Assembly (NCBI RefSeq): GCF_006345805.1
Contig: NC_043002.1
Location: forward strand, 72,478,001 to 72,542,000
DNA: 64,000 nt
Reading direction: 5' to 3'
From: Octopus sinensis
Taxonomy: Eukaryota
Position 1 is the stretch's first letter, and every line of letters begins with the position of its first letter. A model generated the notes under the pieces. The model saw nothing but the letters and a program-made list of their open reading frames with translations. It was not told where the DNA came from and searched no databases. The translations under genes and the position numbers were made by a program. Shown piece by piece: positions 26,226 through 40,459 of the stretch.

Positions 26226-26675
26226 ACATAGTCTTTTATTTTTCTTCCCGGCAATTTTATCTTTGAGGTTTGGTAGAAACAGTAAGAGTGTATAGTGGTG
26301 TGCTCGTTAAATGTATATCTCTGAGAGGAAGTAGGAAATATGTAATTTTATTTGCTTTTCAGTTTATATATATACACAAAAAATTCTCATTCTTTATGTC
26401 TGTTTATACGTATCGGGAATTCGGCCAAAAATTGCGTTGTAGCGCAAAAATATTTGAACGAAGCCGTTGTGAAATATAAGCCATTTTGTGTGAATTCACT
26501 ATCAATACAGTCTTGTCATTGGAATAATCAAAAGCAAACAATATTGTTGTGGCATATTTTAACAGGACCCAAAAATAACATGGAGGTGAATTCTTGTGCA
26601 GATGTAATGATAGACGGATAAATATAGAATATTTAGAAATATGCAGACAGATAGTAGACAAATTGTCTGTGGGAT

Positions 26676-26724
<49 letters not shown>

Positions 26725-27148
26725 CAAAAGCAAATAATGGTACAACGAGGTACCGATATTTACTGGAAAATAGCGATCGTAATAAATACGACGCTATTGT
26801 ATAGCTTCACTGCGTATATACTAGCAAAGACGTGTGTGTGCAACAAACATGAAAAGAATTTGTCTTACCTCTAGGAAGAACATCTGAAAAATGAAAAACC
26901 TAGAAACGGATAATGCAGGACCGGTTTCAGACTCTTCAAATACGTTTGACAACGTAGATTTGATTTGTCTTCATTAGCTGCATATACCTGGACAAAATTT
27001 CAAATGTTGCCACATCTATGCCAGTACACTCGTCTGAACGCCAAAACGTTAACAGAATATATGTATATTCCAAAATATAACTACATGTTGTTTGTTGGCG
27101 ATTTTTCCCCCTCCGTCTTCCTTTTATCTTGGACTTTCTTCTGTCGCC

Positions 27149-27185
27149 TGTTTCTGAAGAAGAGCTTTGCTCGAAACGTAAAACA
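27149..27185 (+). ncRNA. Minimal type I hammerhead ribozyme
   Basis: uguuu-CUGAAGA-A-GAGC uuu GCUC-GAA-ACGU-A-aaaca. 5-bp stem I, GUA triplet. Confidence 0.75.
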
Positions 27186-27271
27186 CCCTTTCTTTACTTC
27201 CCCGATTACCATGTCCTCGCGTCGTTTTTTCTTGTGTTTTTTCTCCGTTTTTTCTAATTAATTATACATAC

Positions 27272-27333
<62 letters not shown>

Positions 27334-27353
27334 ATATATCATGTATACATATA

Positions 27354-28085
27354 CGAGGTCTTATCAATAAGTATAAAACTGTTGCCGTGGTAACAAAGCT
27401 AAATGCACGCAGCGTAAAGCCGCTTACCACAGATTGACCTTGAACTCCGCTGCACATGCACACTAAGTTCTAGCTCACTTCCGCTGATTACAGCAGTGCT
27501 TGGAAGGAATGTGTGTACCGTGTGATCGTCGCATTGAACATGTCAGAGAAGGTTGAGCTGGGAATCTGCATCAAATTTTGCCAAAAGTTTGACGATACCT
27601 GCTCAGGGGCCTACGTAAAGTTTTCAAAAAGTTTTAATCGTTCTGGAAACAATCAAGGAGATCTTGTGCAACTGAAATCCGAGTGTTTTTTGGTCAGCTG
27701 AAAGCAGTTTTGGCACAAACTTGGCAGACATGCGTCTCATATCTAAATCTTTAGTGATAATGGACTGAACTGAACCGTAACTAATCTGCACATCCTCTGA
27801 TAACTCACGGATAGTCATTCGACGATTTCCCCACACAGCTGCATGCACATCTGCGATGTTTTCCTCAGTTCTGCTGGTTACAGGTCTCCCAGAATCGTCA
27901 AAATCGACATTTTCATCGGTCATTTTGGAAACGCCTGAACTACTCGTACACTTCTGTGCGGCTGATAAAACTTAGTACGCATACACAGAAGAGTTCAAAG
28001 TCGATCTTTACCCAAACGGCTTCGCTCAGCATGCTTTAGCTTCGTTACTATATCAACAGTCCGGATATTTATTGATCAGACCTCA
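27354..28085. mobile_element. Mariner derivative with an internal inversion
   Basis: TA-flanked TIRs (c/t)gaggtct(t/g)atcaataa(g/a)tat. Transposase N-terminus on + (27540-27625); following residues SGRP...MSAKFVPKLL on - (about 27965-27620). Confidence 0.85.
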
Positions 28086-28980
28086 TATCTCTTATTATAA
28101 AAGGCAGATTTTATTTGCCTCCCTTTGGGAGTTATAGAAATCTACAATATAGGATTGCTTCAATTACAATTTACCTAGCATTTTTAAGAGTAGAATGCAT
28201 CGCGTCATGCCAGGTCCAGTTTTTTAAATTTAAACTCCAATTAAGCAAAATTTACAGAAAACTCACATTCTGGTGTGTGTGTCAAATGCTTTTCTTAGTC
28301 TGGTTTACACCACACGCAAACGCACACACACAGTGTGCAACGAATAAAATGAAAGTAAATAGCGACAGAGTGATTTGAGGAAGACTAAACTGAAAGTATT
28401 TAAACCACTACTCAAAAAATAAAAAAACACAGCAAACAGAAACAAATAAATACATAACCATTTACTCCTCACACAATTTCTTCAATTAGAATTTAACTAA
28501 GATTTTTCAAAGTACTCCATTCGCTCATGCCATAATATATTTCTTTCAATTTCACCCCCAATTAAGACAAAATTCGAGAAAACTCAATATTTTAACATAT
28601 CACTTGAAAGCATTGATGTACATGTGTGCGTGCGTGAGTGTGTGTGTGTGTCATTCTTCACACACACGCATACACATACATATACAACTACATACAACTA
28701 CATACACATACAACTACATACAAACACATGTGTGTTTGTTATTAGTAAAAAAGGCGCCAAAACTCAACTCACTTATCATTCCAACACATTTGCAAAGACA
28801 CACGGACGGACAGAAAAGGTAAATTGGTTTTTATTTTACTCTGTATATATTTTATTATATAATATTATATATAGATATATGTATATATAATTGCAGTATG
28901 AAACAGTGTTTATGTATAAACAGACGACACTTATATATAGTTATTATAATAAGAGATTAATAAATGTATGCATCCGTTAA

Positions 28981-29300
28981 CCCTTTCGTTACCAAGCCGC
29001 CCGAATTTACCTATTCATATTTAAATGAGAATATCAGAGCAAATCTCTTTAGTACATTCGTGAAAACACGTATTATACTTCGTAAACACTTCAACTACAG
29101 TTTTGTACAAAAATCGAAGTGTAATTTTAATTCCGTGAATTATGGGAGATTTTTTTCCGAAATTTGTTCCTATTGTGTTTTCAAAATTTGTAATTCTGAC
29201 AAAAAATGGATACGAATTTCATTATATCAAGCAGCGAGTCAGAATTCGAAGGATTTTCTACTGAAGACCTTCATAAATCTAACTCTATGACTGAAAAAAA
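28981..29300 (+). mobile_element. Possible piggyBac-like 5' end
   Basis: TTAA followed by CCCTTT, and a short acidic ORF start MDTNFIISSSESEFEGF. No matching right end found. Confidence 0.35.
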
Positions 29301-29306
29301 AAAGCA

Positions 29307-29699
29307 TCTTTATATAAGAGTGAAGTTGTGTGTCTGTCTCCTACGATTTAGATTCCTAACTACTCCCACATTTTGCGGTGCAGTTTAACCAAAAGCGGGT
29401 ATCTTATAGTCGTGATTTATATCGAGCCCTTCTGGGTATTAGCGTGCGTCTACGATGAGTCTACGATTTAAAAAAAATTTACCATCATATTTTCCATTTT
29501 AATGCATTTTTTTCTCTTTTATATAAGGGAAGTAACTCTCTAAAAATATCTACGATGTGTCAACGATTTAAAAAAAAATTACCTTAATTTTTTTTCAATT
29601 TTTAATGCATTTTTTTGCTATTTTTTGGCTATAACTCTCTAAAAATGCTTATATAGTTATTTCCCTTACAACCCGAGCAACGCCGGGCGATACTGCTAG
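29307..29699 (+). mobile_element. Non-autonomous Helitron
   Basis: Inserted between A and T. 5' TC, 3' hairpin cccgagcaacgccggg then CTAG. Internal direct repeat. Confidence 0.8.
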
Positions 29700-29754
29700 T
29701 ATATGTATATATGTACATACATCTACATATACATGTACATTTATACATATATAT

Positions 29755-29982
29755 TCTTTTATTTTTTTAATTGTTTCAGCCATTTGAGTGCGGCTATGCT
29801 GGAGCACCGCCCTTAGTCTAACAAATCGAACCCAAGACTTATTCTTTGCAAGCCTAGTACTTATTGTATCGGTCTCTTTTGCTGAACCGCTAAGTTACAA
29901 GGACGTAAACACACCAGCATCGGTTGTCAAGCGATGATGGTGGAACAAACACAGGCACACTAATACATATATATTATATATG

Positions 29983-30053
<71 letters not shown>

Positions 30054-30871
30054 ATGAACTCACACACACATCCCATACGGCACACAACCATACATACACG
30101 CACACACATACATACACGCACACAATTATACATATACGCACGTACAAGCACACACGCACACATACACTTAGTTAAGCACAGTTACTCGCCATACACACAC
30201 AAAAATACGCACACGTACACACACACACATACTACAACAAAACACACACGCGATACATATACACGCACACACACATACCTCCCTGTTTCTGACCTGACTT
30301 CCTGACTTGCTAGGGTACCCCCACACCACCCCTTTAATTCTACTACTGCCTGCCACTAGCCATTGTCCACCATACACACACATACACATACACGCACACA
30401 CTCACACACACACCCTTGTCATCTCGCACACCTTTTTTACCATTCCTTCTTTGATTCAGCTCTCCTGTTTTTAAAAACATGTTCCTCCTTTTTCACCACT
30501 TCTGTCTTTTCAGTATGTGACCTCGTCAAGACTACCTGCAATTTTTTTTCCCTCTGTCCTCCCGCCTCGGGATCTTTCTTTCTCCTATGTTTCTTTTTCC
30601 CTTCTTTCCTGAGCGTCCAATAATACTTTATTTGTTCCACATCCTCGCGTTGATGCCTTTTTGTTTTCTTGTTTGGATTAACTTTATATATATATATATA
30701 TATACACGATGGGCTTCTTTCAGCTTCCGTCTACCAAATCCACTCACAAGGCTTCGGCCCGAGGTTATAGTAGACGACACTTGCCGAAGGTGCCACACAG
30801 TGGGACTGAACCTGGAACCCTGTGGCTGGGAAGCAAACTTCTTGCCACACGGGCACTCCTGCACCTATGTA

Positions 30872-30872
<1 letters not shown>
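29755..30872 (-). mobile_element. SINE family A split by microsatellite expansion and a PLE-module insertion
   Basis: 3' half at 29755-29960, 5' half at 30705-30872, same orientation. Confidence 0.65.
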
Positions 30873-30950
<78 letters not shown>

Positions 30951-31199
30951 TTAATGACTGCATCATTCAAACTCAAGCCAATTAGGAGGAAGAGAAACGC
31001 CATCATGACAAAGATCAACCACGTGAATACGCAGGTACTTTCCAAGTCTTCGGAAGATACAGGTACTGAATATAAGATGCTTTTACAACAGCATAGACAT
31101 TTCAATCTTGGACCACATCAGAAACGATCCAGTAATGACCTGCTCCTACTCAAAGCACTCTTAGAACATTAGAAATTTTATAAAAGGTCATTTCGATGT

Positions 31200-32225
31200 A
31201 TTATATCACATTCTGAAAACAGTCAATGAAAAAAGTTGCAATTGTTTCTTTCGATGTAATGAATCTTTATCGAAACATCCCTCATGAATTTGGAATAGAA
31301 GCCATTAAATTCAGGTTGGATAATTATTCTGTCGAACTACCACAACGCATAGAAAAGGAATTAATCATAAGAGAACTCAACTTCATTATACGGAATAACT
31401 ATTATATGCTTAACGAGAACTTTTATCGACGGAAATCTGGGATCGTCATGGGGAAGAAAATAGTACCCCTCCTTTGCAAATTTAGCAACATCTAGCACTG
31501 TTGATGGACAAAAAATCATGACAAAAATATGGCGACTCTTTCTTTAAACATAAACAAGAAAACTGGAAAAGGAACTTTGACGATTGCTTCATTTTATAGT
31601 ACGAAAGCACTGAGAAACTTAAAACATCAAAACACTACTTCGGTGGATTTAACAAAAATCTATAATTCACTACTAAATGTAGCCAATACTAATACCCATT
31701 TTCCCGGCGTGCTGACGGTTCTGCAAGCTCGCCATCTTAACCTATTTCTTTACTACCCACAAGGGGCTACACACAGAGGGGACAAACAAGGACAGACAAA
31801 CGGATTAAGTCGATTATATCGACCCCAGTGCGTAACAGGTACTTAATTTATCGACCACGAAAGGATGAAAGGCAAATCGACCTCGGCGGAATTTGAACTC
31901 AGAACGTAACGGCAGACGAAATACGGCCACGCATTTCGCCCGGCGTGCTAACGTTTCTGCCAACTCGCCGCCATCTTAACCAACTGAGTAATGATAAAGA
32001 AGTGGAATTGAACCTATGCGTATGTTGTTATTATTGGCGTGTTGTTTCTCCCCAGACACAAGAACCCAATAGAGACAGACATATTGTGTAAACCTACAGA
32101 CTCCAAACAATGTCCTCTTCTCAATTCCTGCCCTACGAGACACACCGGAGTAAATGTCCCTCTTAAGTTAGTCAAAAGCATCTGCATAATTTTATCTGCT
32201 GAAAACATCCGTGACACCTTCAGAA
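31200..32225 (+). pseudogene. PLE RT fragments interrupted by SINE B copies
   Basis: SFDVMNLYRNIP...KSGIVMG at 31226-31495 and ETDILCKPTD...SC..RH at 32040-32225. Confidence 0.75.
31743..31969 (-). mobile_element. SINE family B long-tail variant with 12-bp TSD
   Basis: GCCATCTTAACC on both sides, inserted at the head of an older family B copy. Confidence 0.9.
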
Positions 32226-33019
32226 CTTAAGTATACGCTATTATTATATTTTTTTGCCAAACAACCACTGTCATTGTATACTTGATTTTCATTTCAGCTT
32301 TCATAAAATATGACCGTCCCCATGTATGACTTGATTTCACATTAGGAATCTTTCAGAAAACCAGAAAACCAGTTTATTGCCCATAACTCCTAGGTTTTTC
32401 GAGCGATTTCCTCCATACTTATCACAAGCATTACTCATGACATAAGAATTGTTTTGCTTAAAATTTTTGTCAAGGTCATCCACATTAATTATGAAAAATC
32501 CGCTAATAACTGCGTAAAAACCGGTTTTTTTTTTCGTTTTTTTTTTTTTTGCCAATATCTTCCGCAGTTTCCAACCGATTTGCTCCAGATTTGGCACAAA
32601 CATTACTTATGCTTTAAGAATTGTTTTAAACTTATGTTTTTGTCAAGTCGATCCGCGCTGAATGAGAAAAGTCTGCCAATAACTACGTAAAATTCGGTTT
32701 TTTGCCAATAACTTCCGCAGTTACAAAGCCGATTCGCTCCAAATTTGGCAAGAATATTACCCATGTTTAATTGATTGTTTTAAACTAATGTTTTGTCAAT
32801 TTTATTTGCATTAAATTTGCAATTTACTGGATTAAACTTCGTTTTTTTTTGCTTACAACTTCAGCCGTTTACTTACGCGCCAAGGATTGTGAGGCAGTTG
32901 TACCTTACTGATTTGATGTATGTACATTAGAATTTACTCACCCTCACCATTATCGCCTACGGTCATGATGCCTCACCCCTTCCCCCTCCTCACTTCAGTA
33001 CAAATTTTCTTTAATTACC

Positions 33020-33252
33020 TATTTCTTTACTAACCACAAGGGGCTAAACACAGAGGGGACAAGCAAGGACAGACAAACGGATTAAGTCGATTATATCGAC
33101 CCCAGTGTGTAACTGGTACTTATTTATCGACCCCGAAAGGATGAAAGGCAAAGTCTACCTCGGCGGAATTTGAACTCACAACGTAACGGCAGACGAAATA
33201 CGGCTGCGCATTTCGCCCGGCGTGCTAACGTTTCTGCCAGCTTGCCGCCTTC
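33020..33252 (-). mobile_element. SINE family B long-tail variant with 17-bp TSD
   Basis: TSD AATTTTCTTTAATTACC at 33003-33019 and 33253-33269. Confidence 0.93.
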
Positions 33253-34019
33253 AATTTTCTTTAATTACCCTCCACTCTTGGTGTGATAACACGGGGTGAA
33301 CTGCGAGCATGACCTTTGACAAGTGGGCATGAACACTATTAGTGCGCACCCCGCTTTTTTTATCTATGTACCCCCATTATCGCCTACAGCCATGATGTCC
33401 CCACTCCACTTCAGTCTCTTATTTGGTGAATGACTGCTTTGACCACGTACTCAGTGCTTGCTGACTTCCCCTCTCCCCACCCCCATTATCGCCGACGATC
33501 ATAATGTCTCCTTTTCACCACCATTTTCCTTAATGGCATTATGTCAACGGTCTGCCAATAACAGGTGAACAGCGAACATGACCTTTGAACTATGCGCGTG
33601 AACACTATTGATTGTCCACTGTAATGAGCTGGTCAAATTAATTCTTTGACTGAATTTCATTGGTGGAACACTGTTCACCTGATCATATCAGTGTCAAATC
33701 GTAATTAATGATGCGCTTTTGCGCATATCTGATACCGGCTTCGGGTCACAAGTTAGGACTACTATTAGACGTACATAATTGCTTTAATTTAATACTCTCT
33801 GCTACCAGTTTTTACTTTACATGTCGTTAAAAAAATATTGTATTCGGTGTCTTTGTGTCTACATAACTAAAGGTCTGTCTCTGCTTCCACCGTTTTTGAA
33901 TAATACATTTAGTAGGCTCATTTTTATACATCGTCCCAAATTTATTTTTCAATGAGCCCTTTTGCCGGGTTTTTTTAAAACTCGCAATTTAAACATAGTC
34001 CAACAGTTCATCCAAATCA

Positions 34020-34136
34020 TGTTTCTCTCATGGCCAGTGATACGTCGGATGTTCCAGAGTTGGAAGCAAACAGAATCTATTCGTACTTGCCCCTAATGGC
34101 AAACCGAAAAATGTGGTTTACAAAGAAGTGTTGTAG
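34020..34136 (+). pseudogene. Helitron PIF1-like helicase C-terminal tip
   Basis: CFSHGQ*YVGCSRVGSKQNLFVLAPNGKPKNVVYKEVL* matches the CFSHGQLYVAxSRV...NVVYxEVL end of Helitron RepHel. Confidence 0.8.
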
Positions 34137-34509
34137 GCACTTCACGCGCCAATTGCTTTCAAATTCGTGAACCTCGGTGCCTCCACTACACCAGTGCAAC
34201 TTTGCAGACCTGATATGTGCTACTGTAGTCATGCTTTCAAAGTTACTAACTTTATTCAACCATGTTTCTGTTCCTTTGTCCAACCTAGGTTTGTCATCTG
34301 TTTTCACAGAGTTTCACACTTCACAACAGTTCCGTTGCTTTCGGTGTAAACGAAAATAAAACCCCTTTTCAGGGCTATTTTACACACAATTGTTACTCCA
34401 CCTGAGAACGCATTGCAACCCTTTTCAGGGCTCCTTATCAAATTGTTACCGCTGTGAGAACGACAAAAAAGCTCTTATCAGGGTTTTATATATATATATA
34501 TATACACTT

Positions 34510-34759
34510 TTTTACTCTTTTCCTTGTTTCAGTCATTTGACTGTGGCGATGTTGGAGTACCGCCTTTAGTCGAGCAAATCGCCCCCAGGTCTTATTCTTT
34601 GTAAGCCTAGTACTTATTCTATCAGTCTCTTTTGCCGAACCGTTAAGTTACGTGGACGTAAACACACCAGCATCGGTTGTCAAGCGATGTTGGGGAACAA
34701 ACACAGACACACAAACACACATACACACACACACACACATACATACATACATACATACA

Positions 34760-34855
<96 letters not shown>

Positions 34856-35012
34856 GACGGGATTCTTTCACTTTCCGTCTACAAAATCCACTCACAAGGC
34901 TTTGGTCGGCCCGAGGCTATAGTAGAAGACACTTGGCCAGGGTGCCACGCAGTGGGACTGAACCCGGAACCATGTGGTTCGTAAGCAAGCTACCACACAC
35001 CCACTCCCATAT

Positions 35013-35044
<32 letters not shown>

Positions 35045-35278
35045 CATACACACACACAAACATATATATATGTGTGTGTGTGTGTGTAAGTATTATGTAT
35101 GTATGTATGTATGTATGTATATACATAACCCTCTACTAAATCCACTCACAAGGCTTGGGATGGTCCGGAGCTACAGTAGAAGATAGATGATACTTGCCCA
35201 AGCCATCACGCAGTGGGACTGAACCCGGCAACATGTAGTTGAGAAGCAAATTTCTTACCACACAGTTATGCCTGCGCT
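34510..35278 (-). mobile_element. SINE family A (34510-34995) plus a second 5' fragment (35110-35278)
   Basis: Family A head and tail motifs. Confidence 0.85.
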
Positions 35279-35929
35279 TCTGTATATGATTTTTTTTAAA
35301 AAAACATTTCTCTACAGTTACATAACTGAACTGCATCAAATACTATATTACTGAATGAAGCACAAGGAAGAACAGCTACCCGCGACCTTTATAGACCTTC
35401 CTTTAAACATGCTGTTTTTATAACATCTTAAATTGCGAAGTCGGTTGTATGTAATACATCATTTTAAACATTTCTATTTGTCATAGTCATGTGAAAAATT
35501 ACCTAATTACAAACCATATTCACGTCATAAATTTGCTTTTAATCTTTATCGGTATGTTTGCATGCGTGTGTATGTATGCAGACACATATATACATACGTA
35601 CATACATACGGGCATACATAAATACATATAAACGTTTTGGGGTTTCTTGTAACGTATATGTGTGTGTGTGTGTGTGTGTGTGGGCGCACGCGTATGCGTG
35701 TGTGTGTGTGGGCGCACGCGTATGCGTGTGTGTGCATACATACATATAGATTTTTCTTGGCTTCCTACTACATGCATATACATATATATATTGTGTCTCA
35801 CACACACACACACAAACACACACACATATATACATGTATGTCGGTATGCATGTACGTATGTATATAATGTATATGTATGTATGTATGTGTATATATGTCT
35901 GTGCGCATGTGTGTGTGTGTGCGTGTATA

Positions 35930-36158
<229 letters not shown>

Positions 36159-36427
36159 CTTTATGTGCGCTTCGAGATTCAATGTTCCAAAAAAGAATTA
36201 TTTCACGTTCTCTCAAAAGTTTATAAATTCTTATGACGTCAGCAACACACACACAGAGGAATCTTTTATCGTTTACTTGTTTCAGCCATCACAAAGACAC
36301 ACACAAACATATATATATATATATATATTGTCTTAATAACTGATGAAAAATGCCTAGAAGCTTTCACCTCCAGTATTTGAAACTCTGAGTATTATTATGA
36401 CAACTTATTGATTGTCCTACATTATAT

Positions 36428-36462
<35 letters not shown>

Positions 36463-39169
36463 GATATATATATATATATATATATTGTGTGTGTGTGTGT
36501 GTGTGTGTTGTGTGTGTGTGTGTATGTATATATATATATATAATATATATATATATAGATATATATATATATATATATACACTTTATTAAAAAGCAGCCA
36601 AAATATCACAAAAACTGTTACTCAGAGTTTCATGTTCCCGTTCGCAGGACAGTTTTGTTTAGAATGGAGCAAGATAAAGTTATATGCAGAAATGTAATTA
36701 CTTTGATAGATACACATTGGAAAATGGTATAAAAACAGGATCACATGCGGTCGTATTGTGTATGGAATACAATCGCACGCGGTACCATTTTTAATTAGTT
36801 ATTACAAGCCATAAATACATGCAATAACAATAGAACATAGTGGATTGACAACAAGTCTTCTGTTTGAGAGATAATTATTACTTTATTTACAACCGTGTTG
36901 ATGTTGGGAGCTTGTAAACGTTAGCACGTACGTGCGCATGCAACACGTGTTTGTGTCTTTGTGTTCGTGTGTGTGACAGAACAATCAGGGTGAATGCGGT
37001 TGACATAGAAAAGTACCTGATGGTGGAGGCGGCGAAGATAGTAGGCTTTCTGTGTTGAGTGTACATTAGCGTCGTAGCTAGTTGTAGGAGGAACAATCGC
37101 ATATCATTTGGTTGAGCAGCGCTGTCTCTGAAGCCAGTTCTTACAAGAACTAAAACTAAAGACAGGTAATTGATTTACTGTTTATGAGGTACACGAAGTG
37201 TAAGAGTTCAATATCAAGATGTTGTGTCTCGGAGCTGAGATTAGTGGAATCACTTGTTGTGTTTATCTTTCTCTTGATATGGATATTCTTTCAGATATAT
37301 TTACTGTAGCCGTTTTCCCGTGGTGAGATTTTCACCTCACCGCTTGAGTTGAATCTGTAGTTATCTTGTGTACAAGTTAAATCTTCGTAGATAGAGACGA
37401 TGTTGGCGATGACGTCGTGTCTGTCGCTTGGTTTTTGTAGCGTCTTCATTATATGTTCTGCTTGGTTATTTTTCTCTTGATATAGATATTCTGCAACTGT
37501 TTTTCCGTGGTGAGATTTTCACACTAACAGTATGAGTTGAATCTGTAGCTATCTTATGTACAAGCTAAATCTTCGTAGGTAGAGACGATGTTAGCGATGC
37601 CGTTATGTCTGGTTTCTATAGCGTCTTCATATTATGGTTTGCTTGGTGGTCGCCTGCCTTTCGGACTGGAACATGGTTGAGTATGCTCTGTGTGGTCAGA
37701 GGTTTACTCCTCACAAGGACTAGAACCAAAGACGAAAGGTGTCTGAAAACACTCCTTTATATACCGTTTGGGTGGCTCAAACGAACTTCAGAAATGGAAT
37801 CTTAACCAAAGGCCGTGATTGGCTGTTTCGGGACAGTGGCGCGAAAATAAGTGGAGACAAATCGCATCACTTGTCAACCAATCAGGTTAGTAGTTACAAC
37901 AACGTTAAACTAGCCAAAGATGTTTGTAATCTCAAACGAGATCATTCTTAATACTTTTCTCAAACAGTGAAGATAGCAATGAAGAAAACAATATTGCTAC
38001 AATGGTTTTGTTTCATTGGTCCTTTCAACAAACGGTCTTTTCAATAACCGGTTGCATGAAATAACAAATTGCAGTTTAAAATCATATTATTATAAAAATC
38101 GTCGAACACCTTAAATCAAAAATAACTTATGAAGAAGGAAAGAGGCCTGAATACCCAGGGTAAATAATTAGCTGTAAAAATAATAATAAATTAATGAATT
38201 AAGAGATATATCCGTTTAAAAATTTTTCACGCTAAATTGCATATACATTTAGCAGTACATACACATGCCAAACAATCTGTAATATACGTATATACACTAA
38301 ACATACAGACGTAGGTATAAGGCTACTAACATATACTGATATATATAGGCAATAAATTAAGTACGCGCACACACGTACGCACACAAAACCTCTTGGCGTG
38401 TGCTTATCCAAGTTAGATGTTACAGGCGAAAGATAGAAAAGTTAAAAATCAGAGAATAACAAATGGCTGGAGTGGGGAGAAAAAAAAGGAGAAAAGAAGA
38501 AAAAGAAACAAAAGAAAAAGGAACAGAAAATTAGAGAGAGAAAGGGGAAATATAGATAGAGGTAAAGAGAGAGTGAAATGATTGGCGTTCCAATAAATAT
38601 CTAACGAAAGTTAGATACTGCGTTCAGATTGGGAAGTGTACACATATAAAAATGCACACGTAAAATTACATATATATCTACATGAACACAAGCATACATA
38701 GAAATACACATACATGTAGACACACATACAAATAAATATGTACGCAAATATATGCCCACATATGTATATATACATATACATACACACACATATATATATA
38801 TACATATGCACATACATATCTATATACACGTACATACACATACATACACATACAAACACATACTTACAATGCATACACATAAATATTCCTCATAACGTAT
38901 ATACGCAAACATTTTTAAAAACTGTCTGGTATATATAATATTAAAATGCTAAAATAAGGAAATTGCACAATAAATTCATATAACACAATTAAATGCGTGA
39001 GTGAGCAATAAAAATAAACCTCGGCGAAGCTTAAGCTTAAATTTGTACAACAGTCGAAGGCTTTCTTAAAAGTGAAGTCGAAATATGCACTAGCATTGTA
39101 ATACAAAATAACTATAAGGTATAAAGTCAAATTCAAATGCGACAGTAAAAATTTTCCGAAAGTCAAAAC

Positions 39170-40260
39170 ATTTTACCTATACGGTATTTTATCGGGTGAC
39201 ATTTTAAATCTCGCGGCGGGCTTATAGGAATTTAAGAGCTCGCGTCTCTGGTTCAAAGCATGTTTATCCGGGAACAGGATGAAGAACTTTTCTGTGAGGC
39301 ACAGATTACATTTCATGGGTCTTTTATAAATTCCATGTCTGTATGATGATGCGTTTTCTATAATTTCCCAAGTTACATTGAAAGGACGGGTGTCATTCTC
39401 TTTCAATCCCCAGACATGCTTTGCAAGACTAGTTGCTTTCCTATTCTCGGGGTATCGGAAAGAATTTCGGTGGAAATAGAATCGAGTCTTCAATGAATTT
39501 TCCGGAACCTCTGAGTATGTTTTATATTTTGAGAGCCATCTACTTGCACTTTAGCTCAATAAACAATTCCTTTTTCAAGACGGACAGCAAGTCTTATCTT
39601 TGAAGTTGCAGTTCCTCAGAGTAGATTCGGCACTGTGATTGTTTGTAATAATTTTCGTGTTGTGCTGATTAATAAAAGAGACAAAGCTTTTACAACAAGA
39701 ATAGCTAACCTTCAGTATTCTACTATTAAATATTCTATAGAACTTATGGCTAGATTGAAAATGCTTAGAACCTAATTTTAAGAATTCCATACCTATATTA
39801 GTTTTTACGGCAATATTAAATGCAGGGTTAAACCACAAAACTTTCCTAGTTCTAGTTCTACGTGGCCTATTATTGTTAGAATTAGCTTGACTATACTGGA
39901 TCTTCTCCGAGAATCTAGTTTTCCTTAATGCATTGTTGTAATACGGCGCAGCATTTTGAAATGCTGCCTCATCTGAAGAAATTGATGATATTCGCCTTCT
40001 TACATTACTAACTAGGTTCTTAAGAATTACGGGTGGATGATTAGATTCTTTGCTAATATAACATATCTTTTCATTGGACTTATGGTAAGGTTTTAATTTA
40101 TTTAATTGTAAATCTAAGTTTATATCTATAAAGATCTACGTTTTTAACGTTACTTTCTATCATAATCCATAAGCCTATTCTTTGGAAGAAAGTAAGGATC
40201 TTTTCATTTTTGAAGCCAGGACCACAGATCTTTCTACTTAACTAAATAATCTGAAACTTC
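39170..40260 (-). pseudogene. Decayed PLE C-terminal region, Naiad-like
   Basis: SNHPPVILKNL, WFNPAF...KTNIG...KVSYSC, TSLAKHVWGLK, CNLCLTEK motifs. Confidence 0.7.
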
Positions 40261-40459
40261 GTATGCTGATAGAGTCTAGCAAAACAAGACACAGGTTGGA
40301 ACTAGTTTATTTGAGAAAAATCTATTTTATGACTTTAATCGTAAATTAAAACTGCGAATTTTAACCAATCAGATTGTTTGTTTTCATGTGTAAAACTTGA
40401 CTGCATTCTATTAGTGTGACGTAGAAAGCGCTTTTGTGACGTACTAACGTTCGTTTGAA

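Noticed and set aside
39540-39600. In-frame TGA near the Cys cluster of the Naiad-like PLE as selenocysteine
   Set aside because: The TGA does not replace a conserved Cys and lies among other stops and frameshifts, which indicates decay.
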